Part shown: positions 45,851 through 56,051 of the stretch, piece after piece | Layout of the letters: every line of letters starts with the position of its first letter | Position numbering within the stretch: position 1 is the first letter of the stretch | IMG/VR virus record: IMGVR_UViG_3300023174_000056 | Location: 1 to 64,000 of that record | Length of the DNA stretch: 64,000 nt | Strand: one strand, 5' to 3' | Origin: a virus | Notes under the pieces: model-generated | Databases searched by the model: none | What the model was told of the DNA's origin: nothing | Seen by the model: only the letters and a program-made list of their open reading frames with translations | Translations under genes and position numbers: made by a program

Positions 45851-48241
45851 TTAATAACACTTACTCCAGCCACAGCCTTCTTTACAGGTAGCGCAGCCAT
45901 CTTGATAAACTAGTTTGCCACTACAATCTGGACAGGTAGATGCTGAACCAGTTACTTCCTCGCCTTGCTTGATGTATTCTTTCAATACACGGGCAACTGC
46001 TTTACTAAAAGTTGTCATGCTTTCAGTTTCGCTCTTGAGAATTTGCTCAACGATAAACTTAACATCAGCACCGTGGCGTAGTGATAGTGAAATCAAACGA
46101 GTCAAGTCGGCGTATTGAGTATTTTGGAATGCATCCTTGATATCATCAATTAGTCCGTCTTCACCAAAGGTTAGTTGGTAATGACCTGTTTTCTTTTTAA
46201 TTACCTTGCCTGATTTGATGCTTGAAGGAATGGTAATTTTATTTGCTTGTCCACCAAAGACTTCATATGGCTTCCCGTCAAATAAGCCAACCAACACGAC
46301 CCACTTTTCACCTTTAACTGTCAAGTGATGAATGTTGCAGTCTAGAGCTTGCTTGCGTTTTGGAGCCTTGTGTTGTTGGAATTCTTCTTCCTTCTTTGGT
46401 TCCGCCGTGATTAATACACCGTCACGTGAACCATCAACATAAACAGTAATACCCTTTAAGCCTAGCTTCCAGCCATTTAGGTATAGTTCACCAACAACTT
46501 CTGGTGTTGTGCCTCTTGGAAGATTAATTGTTGATGAAATTGAGTGGTCAATATAGTTCTGAATCGTCGCTTGGATCTTAACACGATTCTGCCAGTTAAT
46601 ATTATCGCTCTCAACGAAGAAATCTGGAACCGTATCGGTTTTCATCATTTCAAGATATTCTAGTACGTTATGATGATAAACCTTGAAGTTAATCCAGCGA
46701 TCACCAAGTTGATCAACGAAATCAGCCTTTGTATTCATCTCTGATTGATCTAGTTTACGACGACGAATATAGAAGTTCTTGAATACTGGTTCAATACCAG
46801 ATGATGTTTGTGATTCAATAGAAACTGATCCTGTTGGAGCATTGGTCAATAAGGCAATGTTGCGGCGACCGTGTTTTGCCATTTCCTTCTTGATTTGCTC
46901 TGGGAGGCGTTTGATGAATTCATTTTCTTTCTCTAGACCCCAGTTGAAGATTGGGAATGCGCCACGCTCTTTAGCCATATTAACGCTCATGGCATAAGCT
47001 GAATCACGTAATACCTTATAGATTTGGTCAATTAGTTCAATACCTTCTTCTGAATCATAGCGAATGCCGCAACGAGCAATAGCATCAGCTAGACCGTGTG
47101 TGCCTAAACCAGTTCTACGCCCATCTTCACAAGCCTTTAATAGTTTAGTCCAAAGCTCTTTTTCATTTTGTGTATCACATAGATTAATAATTGCAGTGAG
47201 CTTTTCAATCTCAAGGTCAATCAAATCATCTGATAGACGCATAGCTTTACGAGCTACTTGCTCAAAATGAGTTAAATCAAAATAAGCCTCTTTAGTAAAA
47301 GCGTTCTTTACAAAGTGCTTTAGGTTAATTGAGATTAAGCGGCAGCTATCGTAAGCAGATAGTGGGATCTCTCCGCATGGGTTTGTTGTTAGGGTCTTAA
47401 ATTGTGGATAGCTATGAGCTGGTAGATTCTTTACAATATTGTCCCACATCAACAAACCAGGTTCAGCAGTCTTTGTAGCTGATTCTACTACTAGTTTCCA
47501 GATTTCCTTGGCTTTTACAACCTTAGTGAATTTTGGATTTGGTGAACCAACTGGGAAGTGAAGGGTAAAATCTTCATCAGCTTCTACAGCCTTCATGAAA
47601 TCATCAGTAATACGAATTGATACGTTCGCACCTGTTACCTTGGTGAGATCGTGCTTCATTACTGCAAATTTCTCAACGTCTGGATGGCGAACGTCAATTG
47701 AAATCATAAGAGCGCCACGGCGGCCATTTTGACCAATCATACGGCAAACATATGAATAAAAGTCAGCAAATGACCAAGCACCAGTTGTAGTACCAGCACT
47801 ATTATTTACTGGCATATTCTCTGGACGTAGATCGGTAATATCAATACCAACACCGCAACGACGCTTAAATAGGTTTGCTAGATCCTTACCCGCATCAATA
47901 ATTGACGTAACTGTATCTTCTGGATTAGCAACTACAACACAGTTGCTTAATGAAGATAGCGCAAAGTTGTTACCAATACCATACATTGGTGAACCTTGTG
48001 GTACAACCCATTTAAATTCCTTGAATAGTTCAAGAATCTCTTGCTCTGACATGGCATTAGGATATTTAGCTTCTACTCTAGCAAATTCCTTAGCAAGACG
48101 GCTATGCATATCGTCTGGTGTCAGTTCGTAATAATTCTCTTGCTTATCTTTTAGGGCGTATTTAAAGAATACGTTTGCAGCCAGACCATCGCCCTTAAAG
48201 TATTTATTTGTAGCTTCTTGTACTTGTTGTTTAGTATACAT
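45851..48241 (-). CDS. nrdJ: Class II (B12-dependent) ribonucleotide reductase
   Basis: SNC, RRGALM, TNPCGEIPL, APTGS, KGITVY.DGSR, C-terminal Zn ribbon; no nrdB in the window. Confidence 0.92.
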   Translation of the reverse strand: MYTKQQVQEATNKYFKGDGLAANVFFKYALKDKQENYYELTPDDMHSRLAKEFARVEAKYPNAMSEQEILELFKEFKWVVPQGSPMYGIGNNFALSSLSNCVVVANPEDTVTSIIDAGKDLANLFKRRCGVGIDITDLRPENMPVNNSAGTTTGAWSFADFYSYVCRMIGQNGRRGALMISIDVRHPDVEKFAVMKHDLTKVTGANVSIRITDDFMKAVEADEDFTLHFPVGSPNPKFTKVVKAKEIWKLVVESATKTAEPGLLMWDNIVKNLPAHSYPQFKTLTTNPCGEIPLSAYDSCRLISINLKHFVKNAFTKEAYFDLTHFEQVARKAMRLSDDLIDLEIEKLTAIINLCDTQNEKELWTKLLKACEDGRRTGLGTHGLADAIARCGIRYDSEEGIELIDQIYKVLRDSAYAMSVNMAKERGAFPIFNWGLEKENEFIKRLPEQIKKEMAKHGRRNIALLTNAPTGSVSIESQTSSGIEPVFKNFYIRRRKLDQSEMNTKADFVDQLGDRWINFKVYHHNVLEYLEMMKTDTVPDFFVESDNINWQNRVKIQATIQNYIDHSISSTINLPRGTTPEVVGELYLNGWKLGLKGITVYVDGSRDGVLITAEPKKEEEFQQHKAPKRKQALDCNIHHLTVKGEKWVVLVGLFDGKPYEVFGGQANKITIPSSIKSGKVIKKKTGHYQLTFGEDGLIDDIKDAFQNTQYADLTRLISLSLRHGADVKFIVEQILKSETESMTTFSKAVARVLKEYIKQGEEVTGSASTCPDCSGKLVYQDGCATCKEGCGWSKCY

Positions 48242-48243
48242 TA

Positions 48244-48498
48244 TTAACCCTCTAGGAATTCCTTAACTCTTACTACGTTTTGTGCTCCAACTAGACGCTT
48301 AACTTCTTCATTGTCTTCGATAAGCATAAAAGTTGGAACACCTCTAATATCAAAATCTTTTGCCATATCAGACTGTTCATCAATATCTACAACTTCAAAC
48401 TGTACGTCACTTCTTGCCTCTTTTAACTGTTGGAATACGGGTTTCGCTTGTTTACATGGCCCACACCAACTTGCGGAAAACATTACAATTTTTTTCAT
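48244..48498 (-). CDS. trxA: Thioredoxin
   Basis: WCGPCK, GVPT. Confidence 0.95.
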   Translation of the reverse strand: MKKIVMFSASWCGPCKQAKPVFQQLKEARSDVQFEVVDIDEQSDMAKDFDIRGVPTFMLIEDNEEVKRLVGAQNVVRVKEFLEG

Positions 48499-49877
48499 GA
48501 TGCCCTTTGCTCCTTTTTATAATTTTTATACTTTTGTTTTAAGTTTTCTTCTTGTTTCTTTGTTGCTTTTTCCATAATTTCCGTTGCGGTTTCCGTGCTT
48601 TGTTGTAATACTTTAATTTTAACGTTCGCAGTATCCATGAAAATTGGGAACACCAATCCATCAGGACCATTTCTGTTCTTGGCAACAAAAATACGCCCTT
48701 CGTTTGTGTTCTTATCCTTTATTGTTCTGGAAATTGTGAAAATGAAGTCTGCGACGAAGCATTTATTGAAGGCTTCTGAAATGCTTTCCATCGTAATAAC
48801 CTCTGCGTTGAGTCCGCTTCGGTTAGTCTGAGATGCAGTCCAAACAGGACACCCATAGATCTGTGCAATAGCCCGCATTTCTTCATAGATGCTCTCCAAT
48901 TCATTACGCTTCTCTCTCTGAGCTGTGATAGGTCTAATTAGATCTCCGTAATCTACAATGACCATATCAATTTTAAAATCTTTACGTTTTAATTTTTCAA
49001 GATGGTTTTTAATTGTATTTGTCGTGGCCGACTTAGTTGGGTATTCTTTAACAATAAGTTTACCTTTGATATCCTTAATGTTTTCCCAAACCATCTCTTT
49101 TTGGTCTTTTACATCTGATAAAGCAATACCAGAAATACAAGAGTCATAACGTAGTGCCACAACTTTGTCTTGTAATTCCAATGAGTAGTGTACCACATTC
49201 TTGCCAGCTTTTAATGCAGCTGCTCCAAGATGCACAAGCGCCATACTTTTACCTGCGCCAGTTGGTGCAATAACTACTCCAAGTTCACCTTTACCTAATC
49301 CACCTTTTGTGATGCTATCAATCAGTTCCCAATCTGTTGAAAGAGGATTACGTGCCATAACTTCAAAGCGCTTCTCAAAATCAACAATAAAATCATAACC
49401 ATGATTATTATCAGTTCCAAGCTTTAACGCATCATTGATAATCTTGCTAATTTCATCATATGATGATTGTTGAATCAACCCAACTGATTTAATCATTGCT
49501 TCTTTTAATTTTTGTTTTCTACAAAAATCGAGAGAAACATCCTTAATATGTTGCTCGCCGTCCAATGAAAATTCATTAGCCTGAACTCTTGCAAAGAATT
49601 CTCTTGTTTGCTTCTGTAACAGCTCTGGTTCTTTTTCAATCTCTGTACGTAAAATAGTTGTAATCGTATCTCTTGAAGGATGCGTGCCATATTTCTTACG
49701 ATATTCAAAAACTTTTTCTACGAAAAGACGTAAATATTTTAATTCAAAAAAAATAGGATCCAGTACTTCACTAATTTGATCACAAAATACACGGTCATCT
49801 AACATAATTTGTACTAAATTTTCTTGGAACTTTGTTCCATATTTTTCAAAAGTCGCTTTTTCATTTACAAATGACAT
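48495..49877 (-). CDS. DnaB-like replicative helicase (gp41-like)
   Basis: APTGAGKS, YSLE, VDY, SQTNR, KNRNG. Confidence 0.92.
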   Translation of the reverse strand: MSFVNEKATFEKYGTKFQENLVQIMLDDRVFCDQISEVLDPIFFELKYLRLFVEKVFEYRKKYGTHPSRDTITTILRTEIEKEPELLQKQTREFFARVQANEFSLDGEQHIKDVSLDFCRKQKLKEAMIKSVGLIQQSSYDEISKIINDALKLGTDNNHGYDFIVDFEKRFEVMARNPLSTDWELIDSITKGGLGKGELGVVIAPTGAGKSMALVHLGAAALKAGKNVVHYSLELQDKVVALRYDSCISGIALSDVKDQKEMVWENIKDIKGKLIVKEYPTKSATTNTIKNHLEKLKRKDFKIDMVIVDYGDLIRPITAQREKRNELESIYEEMRAIAQIYGCPVWTASQTNRSGLNAEVITMESISEAFNKCFVADFIFTISRTIKDKNTNEGRIFVAKNRNGPDGLVFPIFMDTANVKIKVLQQSTETATEIMEKATKKQEENLKQKYKNYKKEQRAS

Positions 49878-49914
49878 CTTAACCCCGTTGGAAGTCTAAC
49901 TATACAACAGAACA

Positions 49915-50880
49915 TTAACAGTTTTCAAGCTGAATCTTTTTGAGCTGCATAAACAGGTCTGAAAAATCCATTTCGCCAAATCCATCTTGAATGGACATAC
50001 GAATAATTTCCAATTTATTAAATGTACATTCACTATTTTCTAGTGCATAGTTTATGCTTAGGCTATCTTGTACAGATATATTTGGCACACCTAATTGCAT
50101 TATTTTATAATTATCTCTAACACGGTTTTGTTGTTCTAGTACCATCTTATATGCTTTTACTTCCGCTTCTGTTGTTTTACAAACTTCTAAAATATCATCA
50201 ATCGTGTAACTTTTTTCTTCTTTTAGCATCGGAAAACGTTTTGCTACAGTTGGCAATCCAATACCATCAACGCCATCAATATTATCTGACTTATCGCCCG
50301 ATAATGCACGGGCTAAACAAAAATTGTTAGGATGAATACCGTATTCTTCAACAATCTTTTTTTTATTTAAGACTTCGTGTTGCACTGGTCTATAAAGTAC
50401 AGTTGATTCGTTACACAATTGTATAAAATCTTTATCACTTGATACTATAACTTTGTTATATTCTTTCAGTGTATGATGATTAGCAACGGCAGAAATAAGA
50501 TCATCGGCTTCTACTCCATCAAGTAAAAGTTGTATAACTGGCATTTCATTAATATACTCTGCAAGTCTTGTCATTTGCCAGATTTTATTATCAATTTCTT
50601 CGTTGTCTGATAGGTTCTGTATGTTCCTATTTAATCTAATAGGTTTTCTGCCTTCTTTGTAATTTTTATTCATTGCCTTACGTTTGGCAGATCCGCCTTT
50701 GCCATCCCAACAAATAACAACACGGTTGGGGTTTACTTCACGACAAAGTTTTTGTAGAATTTTAAGAAACCCTTTTAATCCACCAATTGGCTGACCATTC
50801 GTTGAAACACTTGGATCAACTATATAAGCACGAAAATAGTTATTATTTCCATCAATAATTAAAACTTTTTTCTTATCCAT
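49915..50880 (-). CDS. 5'-3' exonuclease / RNase H (FEN family)
   Basis: IIDGNN, YKEGR, EADD, SSDKDF.QL, GDKSDNI.GV.GIG. Confidence 0.95.
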   Translation of the reverse strand: MDKKKVLIIDGNNNYFRAYIVDPSVSTNGQPIGGLKGFLKILQKLCREVNPNRVVICWDGKGGSAKRKAMNKNYKEGRKPIRLNRNIQNLSDNEEIDNKIWQMTRLAEYINEMPVIQLLLDGVEADDLISAVANHHTLKEYNKVIVSSDKDFIQLCNESTVLYRPVQHEVLNKKKIVEEYGIHPNNFCLARALSGDKSDNIDGVDGIGLPTVAKRFPMLKEEKSYTIDDILEVCKTTEAEVKAYKMVLEQQNRVRDNYKIMQLGVPNISVQDSLSINYALENSECTFNKLEIIRMSIQDGFGEMDFSDLFMQLKKIQLENC

Positions 50881-51278
50881 TATTTACCCCTTGGATATTG
50901 CTTATAAATCTCTTCAACTGTTAAATCAAGAATTTCATTAGCATAATCTTCGGCATCGAGCCAATGTTCTTGACAGCGAATGTACCAAGCAATTGCTTCT
51001 TGGATTTCATTACGTTCTTTCTGCATTTCGTCAGCAAAATCAGCCTCGCAGCCAATTATTGTAACGGCCATTTTAGCCCTATCTAATAGGGTTGTTTCTA
51101 TTTCCTTGCCGTCAATAGTTACAAGCCCAGCTGGGTATAGTGCTTCGTAGGCTTCTTTTATTTGAGCTTTTAAATTTTTATTTTCTTCCAATAATTCTTC
51201 GTAAGTCATATTATCCTCAAAATTTGTAAGTTCCAATAAATTCATTATCAACAGAATAATAAACCTGCCTGATACCAC
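50880..51278 (-). CDS. Hypothetical protein
   Basis: Likely start MTYEEL after GAGG. Confidence 0.6.
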   Translation of the reverse strand: MVSGRFIILLIMNLLELTNFEDNMTYEELLEENKNLKAQIKEAYEALYPAGLVTIDGKEIETTLLDRAKMAVTIIGCEADFADEMQKERNEIQEAIAWYIRCQEHWLDAEDYANEILDLTVEEIYKQYPRGK

Positions 51279-51655
51279 GCTCCTGCATTAATGCATGACA
51301 CATAGTGCAAGGCTTGCTCATTCTGTCTTCTTTTTTACCCTTAGAAGCTCTTGCAACATACATAATAGCGCCCTTAGTTTGCGAGCGAGGAATGTTAAGA
51401 AGAGCTTTAACCTCTGCGTGATACGTAGAAACACCTTTTTCTTCGGGACGAAACTTTGCACCAACAGAAGAATACTTTTCAGAATTAATACCGAGATTAA
51501 TGACAGCACCGCCCCTAACAAGAACAGCACCATGACGAAAATTACCATAAGTTGAACATTCTGCCATTTTCTTAGCTAACTGAAAGATACCTCCGTACTC
51601 TGTTGCTTGTATCCTTCTTTGCTACAATAATCTCCTGCGGGTCGTCGTTGTCCAT
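51217..51655 (-). CDS. Zn-dependent cytidine/dCMP-type deaminase, predicted 145 aa via +1 frameshift at 51586-51583
   Basis: HGA, HAE, PCTMC; upstream ATG 51655 has AGGAGG and a promoter but is one base out of frame. Confidence 0.8.
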
Positions 51656-51664
51656 AAAGTAGAA

Positions 51665-51708
51665 CCTCCTAGTGTTCTCATACTACCACTAGGAGGCTCA
51701 GTTGTCAA
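51665..51708 (-). promoter_or_regulatory. Promoter nested in an RBS-containing hairpin
   Basis: TTGACA-N17-TAGTAT; inverted repeat CCTCCTAGTG/CACTAGGAGG. Confidence 0.8.
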
Positions 51709-51905
51709 GAGGCACTCGACAGAAGTTTTAAATTCCAAGGATATACATAATTCCTATCTTTTTCATCAAGAATTAATTTGATGTTAACAGTGCCATTATG
51801 TTCGCTTGTTTTATTTATTTTCATTACAAGAGCTATGGTTTTTCTATCGCCATTCCACGTATCAGTATATTCTACTAAGTCTCCAACTTTTGGTTTGTAC
51901 CCCAT
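51705..51905 (-). CDS. Small SH3/KOW-like protein
   Basis: PKVGDLVEY...NLKLLS. Confidence 0.7.
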   Translation of the reverse strand: MGYKPKVGDLVEYTDTWNGDRKTIALVMKINKTSEHNGTVNIKLILDEKDRNYVYPWNLKLLSSAS

Positions 51906-52354
51906 TGTGCGCTCCTAACTGCATCGTATTCTTTTCTGCAAGGATCGCAAAGAGTTATAATCCAACCTTCATTATTTTGTTTACCTGGATTACCGCAATG
52001 TTCACAAGTGCGGGCCGACATACCTTCAGCCATACTGATTAAGCCATAAATATATTCGTCTGTTGAATTTGTATAAAATCTTAAGCCACCAAATTTTTCT
52101 TTTACTTGTGTTGCTTGAATTACAGGAATAAGATCAGACTCTTTTGCTTTTCCATCTTCGATATCTCTTTGTATCTTCCAATTTAAATTACGGTTATACC
52201 CCATAATTCTGCCGCAAAGAGCATCAATAATATTATACCATCCATCGCCGCATTCAATTCCCCAACACATACAAGTTTGTGACATTGGAAGATCTTTTTG
52301 CACAAATATTTCAGGGTATTTTTCAAATAGTTTTTTCTCTAATTCTTCTTTCAT
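51875..52354 (-). CDS. Conserved phage protein (QVKEKFGxLRFY motif, Zn finger)
   Basis: CGDGW, QVKEKFGGLRFY, CEHCG...LC..C. Confidence 0.85.
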   Translation of the reverse strand: MKEELEKKLFEKYPEIFVQKDLPMSQTCMCWGIECGDGWYNIIDALCGRIMGYNRNLNWKIQRDIEDGKAKESDLIPVIQATQVKEKFGGLRFYTNSTDEYIYGLISMAEGMSARTCEHCGNPGKQNNEGWIITLCDPCRKEYDAVRSAQWGTNQKLET

Positions 52355-52356
52355 TA

Positions 52357-52629
52357 CTAAAACCTTTCTCTAAGGAATAAAAAGATAACTGTTCCAACGG
52401 TGTAACCAAATCCATTAAAAAATGCAATTTTTAATTTGTTTATCAACCCTTCTTCTTCTACCAATAAGATCATCGGCAACATACTAATAAATGGATAAGT
52501 AAAATTGGCAAGAATTGCAACTGTATAATTGTTATGATTTGCCGACCAAGCACACATCGAAAACCAAAATTCTAAGAGAAGAGATGATACAAATGCAAAT
52601 ATATATTTATGTTTTTTTATAAAATCCAT
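52357..52629 (-). CDS. Small multi-pass membrane protein
   Basis: Three hydrophobic segments. Confidence 0.7.
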   Translation of the reverse strand: MDFIKKHKYIFAFVSSLLLEFWFSMCAWSANHNNYTVAILANFTYPFISMLPMILLVEEEGLINKLKIAFFNGFGYTVGTVIFLFLRERF

Positions 52630-53558
52630 TAATTTTCAATTCCAAATTCTTGGCGCATTTTTAATAGAGCGATATTTTTCATTTTTGCCTCGACATCAAC
52701 ATCGATTATGTTACCACGAATCGCTTCCAGTTGCAAGGGTGGAACATAACGAATCATTTGTGAATGCGCTCGCTTTTGGTTGAACGCAGCATTTTCCATG
52801 CCGATTTCAGTATTTGAGATATGCTGGAGAGGCTTGATACCGCCCCAAGTGTCAATAGTGCTACGAAAAGCATCATCAAATAATAGATCGCCACTACCAA
52901 AGTTATAATGGTGGCTATCAAAAACAATAGGGACATTAGTGCGGCTGCTAATATCGAGTAGCTGGCGGACATTATAGCATTTTTCATCATTTTCAAGTGT
53001 TAATCTTCCCTTGACTGATTCTGGAAGAGTCTGAATTACTTCAACCAACTTTTCAGAACGTTTTGCCTTACCACCATGAATGTTAATTGCATAATAAGGA
53101 GTTCTATCAAAATTCATCATATCAAAAATCCAAGCATGGTATTCCAATTCCTTAATACTGTTCTGGACAACAGAATCTCTGTCGCTGCTGATGACACAAA
53201 ATTGACCTGGATGTGTTGTCACTCTAATATTTGAGGCTTTGAACCGCTTTCCAGCAAGCTGCAAGTCGTTTTTAATTTGTTCATCGTTTCTAGCAATATC
53301 TCCACAGAATTCAAATAGTGGGAACAAGCTACTTGAAATTCGGAAAGATTTGATATTGTGTTCGTTGAGTCGAGGAATGATTTGCAGGATTTCCTTGACG
53401 TTTCCACGATAAGTTGCAAGAATTCTCTCTCTGCTATATTTGCCATTTTTGTATGCGCCTAATTGTAGAGACTTTTCATCAATAATATTTTCACTAAGTA
53501 GCTTGCCGTTTCGATTTGTTCTCTGTTCGATCCACTGACAACACAACCCAAGACTCAT
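52629..53558 (-). CDS. uvsE: UV DNA damage endonuclease
   Basis: FRISS.LFP, HPGQF, NIHGG, LTLENDE, VFDSHH, EAK.K. Confidence 0.95.
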   Translation of the reverse strand: MSLGLCCQWIEQRTNRNGKLLSENIIDEKSLQLGAYKNGKYSRERILATYRGNVKEILQIIPRLNEHNIKSFRISSSLFPLFEFCGDIARNDEQIKNDLQLAGKRFKASNIRVTTHPGQFCVISSDRDSVVQNSIKELEYHAWIFDMMNFDRTPYYAINIHGGKAKRSEKLVEVIQTLPESVKGRLTLENDEKCYNVRQLLDISSRTNVPIVFDSHHYNFGSGDLLFDDAFRSTIDTWGGIKPLQHISNTEIGMENAAFNQKRAHSQMIRYVPPLQLEAIRGNIIDVDVEAKMKNIALLKMRQEFGIEN

Positions 53559-53779
53559 TTTAAATCTCCAATTTCATATATTACGCTATCAAGCGCAGCT
53601 TGCCTTGCCTCTTCTATTGTGGAAGCATATCCTTTTTCTTCCACTTTAACGTGCCACCAATACAGTCCATCTTCGGGCCTTGGGCCACCAATGATAATTT
53701 TGATAGGGCCATTGTCGCCAATAATTTTAACTTTCTCTGCGTGTTTAAGATCTAGCGTAGTCCATTCAAGTTTAGACAT
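53555..53779 (-). CDS. Hypothetical protein
   Basis: Start MSKLEW after GAGG. Confidence 0.6.
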   Translation of the reverse strand: MSKLEWTTLDLKHAEKVKIIGDNGPIKIIIGGPRPEDGLYWWHVKVEEKGYASTIEEARQAALDSVIYEIGDLK

Positions 53780-53784
53780 AAAAA

Positions 53785-53827
53785 ACCTCACCCTCTAGAT
53801 AGTAGCAGGGTGAGGTAGAGATGTCAA
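53785..53827 (-). promoter_or_regulatory. Overlapping recA terminator, promoter and RBS
   Basis: TTGACA-N17-TACTAT in the loop of ACCTCACCCT/AGGGTGAGGT, followed by TTTTT-ATG. Confidence 0.8.
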
Positions 53828-53833
53828 GCTCTT

Positions 53834-54967
53834 TTATTCTGCGTGCGCTTCTTCGCTTTCACCTTCTAGGTTATAAAAGGCTTTTGCGTCACCTTCACGA
53901 TTATCAAACTTAACAACAACTTCATTTTCCATCAAATCGTAAACCGTTTTCTGGAACTCTGCGTCTGTTCGCATTAATTCGACCCATTGCTTTTCTTGGA
54001 ACTTCTTTGGTTTACCGCCAACATCTAGTTCATACCAAGCACCGCTTTGCTTAATAAACGGCTTAACGGCTTCAAAGATTGATTCTTCATCTAGAACACC
54101 GATTTGATCGGCCCACATAATACGGAAGAAGCATTCACGTCCTTGTGAACCAAAGCGTGACTTCTCAAGGCGGCATTTAACTTCAGAGCCAACACGATAA
54201 CCACGTTCGTCAACAACATAGGAATCTTTTGCTTTACGACCTGTCAACCAAATACGCAAGCTGTATGAATAAGCTAATGCTTTTCCACCAGGAGTTGAGT
54301 ATTTTTCAGAATCGGTTGCATACTTTGGATTTTGAACTGTTAAGTTTGTTTTTAATTGGTTCAAGATCAATAAGGTTGCTTGTTTGTTAGCAATTGGTTG
54401 AATCAATTTTGACAAACCTTTTGCTAGAATACGTGGTTTGACTGCCATTGATGATTGTGGATCAAAGTCACCTTCCAAATCAGTTTTGCTTGGCGTTAAA
54501 GCCATTGAATCCCAAACAAATAAGAACTTCTCGTCTGTTGTTTTTAGGAGATCTTCAATTGTTTCAAGAACGAATTCAACTGAATCGGCTTGAACATATA
54601 GAAGTTTTTGGATATCACAGCCAGCTTTTTCTAGGAAGTCTGGATCGATAGCGCTTTCGGAGTCAAAGTATACAACCGAAATGCCTTGTTTTTGTGCATT
54701 AGCAGCAATTTGTGCTGCCATATAACTTTTACCAGAACCTTCAAGCCCAGCTAATTCTGTAACTTTGCCAACTGGAATGCCAGCTAGCTTACCACGGCAA
54801 ATAATTGAATCTAGCCAACGTGAGCCTGTTGAAATCCAATCTGTGACTTCGGTTGGATTATCTTCGTGCAAATCAAATGCAACTTCACGACCTAATTTTT
54901 TATTAATCATTGAGCGCATATCTGCGATTGAAACTTTTCCTGCGCCTGTGTTTTCTTTTTTCTTCAT
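53834..54967 (-). CDS. recA: RecA/UvsX recombinase
   Basis: ISTGS..LD, GLEGSGKS, FDSE, WDS, NQ, TPGGKAL. Confidence 0.95.
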   Translation of the reverse strand: MKKKENTGAGKVSIADMRSMINKKLGREVAFDLHEDNPTEVTDWISTGSRWLDSIICRGKLAGIPVGKVTELAGLEGSGKSYMAAQIAANAQKQGISVVYFDSESAIDPDFLEKAGCDIQKLLYVQADSVEFVLETIEDLLKTTDEKFLFVWDSMALTPSKTDLEGDFDPQSSMAVKPRILAKGLSKLIQPIANKQATLLILNQLKTNLTVQNPKYATDSEKYSTPGGKALAYSYSLRIWLTGRKAKDSYVVDERGYRVGSEVKCRLEKSRFGSQGRECFFRIMWADQIGVLDEESIFEAVKPFIKQSGAWYELDVGGKPKKFQEKQWVELMRTDAEFQKTVYDLMENEVVVKFDNREGDAKAFYNLEGESEEAHAE

Positions 54968-55200
54968 GTTAGATTACACTCCGTTCTTTTAAGCTTTCTT
55001 CAAAAATGTATAAAATGTTAGCCATAGCTTGGTTTTCATTACTCGATTTTATTGATTTTAAATTTTCTTGCAATTGTGCAAAAGATTTCCAAGCTATTTT
55101 TGTATCATTTCCGTTTTTATTGACGATCCTATCATCAACTAATTTACATTGGTACTTATTTAATAAATTTTCAAAATCTTTATTCATTTTATCTCCTAGT

Positions 55201-55230
55201 AAAAGAGGGACAGGTTTTACCCTGTCCCTC
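55201..55230 (-). terminator. Intrinsic terminator after SSB
   Basis: GAGGGACAGG/CCTGTCCCTC-TTTT. Confidence 0.8.
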
Positions 55231-55256
55231 TGTTATACTACTTTACATTTTTAGTG

Positions 55257-56051
55257 TTAAGCGTCCATTAATTCATCAAAAGCTGCATCTACTGCATTCT
55301 TTGCGAATGCCTTTGGCGCAGTCTTAGCAACTGTCTTTGCACCAAATTTGGTTGTTTCTTTTGATTCTTTTTCTACTTCCTCTTCGCTATGATCGCCAGC
55401 TAGATATTCATCTAGGATAGCAGCAACCTCTTCAGTTGTTTTACGAGTGTGTAGCTTCTCAAAATCTGGGATCGACTCTAGAAGCTGCTTGCATTCGTCG
55501 CCAGTCCCTTGGCATAGCTTACTTGTCTTAACACGTGCAACAACCTTCGTCATTGGGAAGCTTTGACCTGGGGCTTTGCTTGTGGTCAAAGTTAGATCAC
55601 GGCCTTCTTCTGGGTCTGTAATATCGCCATAATCTGGGTTTAGTACGAGGCCGATTAGCTCTTGATAAACGTTCTTGCCATAACCCCAAACCTTAACGCC
55701 TTCCTTTTCTTCGCCACGAACAACAACTGGTGAGAAGAAGCGTTGACGAGGCAGGAACTTCTTAGCCATCTTGGCTGATTCTTCGTTCTTTTCCTTGTAT
55801 AGCTTGCTTGCAAAATCACAGGCTGGGCATACATCGCCGTGATTCTTTTTTGGGCACAGAAAACCACCTTGGGTGCCTAGCTCATAGTGAAACCAGTATT
55901 CCTTGAATGGATCGCCGTCTGGCGTTGGCACAACACGGACTGAATAAGAATTACCTTCTTTTGGTGAGAAGAAGCTTGTCTTGCTTCCGCTTCCACCCTT
56001 GTTTTGTAGTGCATTAAGCTTGGCTTGCATTTTCTTTACGTCGATACCCAT
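55257..56051 (-). CDS. Single-stranded DNA-binding protein (gp32-like)
   Basis: H...CP...CPAC Zn site, DITDPEEGRD, acidic C-terminus; promoter at 56100-56128. Confidence 0.85.
   Translation of the reverse strand: MGIDVKKMQAKLNALQNKGGSGSKTSFFSPKEGNSYSVRVVPTPDGDPFKEYWFHYELGTQGGFLCPKKNHGDVCPACDFASKLYKEKNEESAKMAKKFLPRQRFFSPVVVRGEEKEGVKVWGYGKNVYQELIGLVLNPDYGDITDPEEGRDLTLTTSKAPGQSFPMTKVVARVKTSKLCQGTGDECKQLLESIPDFEKLHTRKTTEEVAAILDEYLAGDHSEEEVEKESKETTKFGAKTVAKTAPKAFAKNAVDAAFDELMDA

Noticed and set aside
36910-48241. Inteins or introns in dnaE and nrdJ
   Set aside because: Lengths are normal, frames are continuous and no intein or LAGLIDADG motifs were seen.
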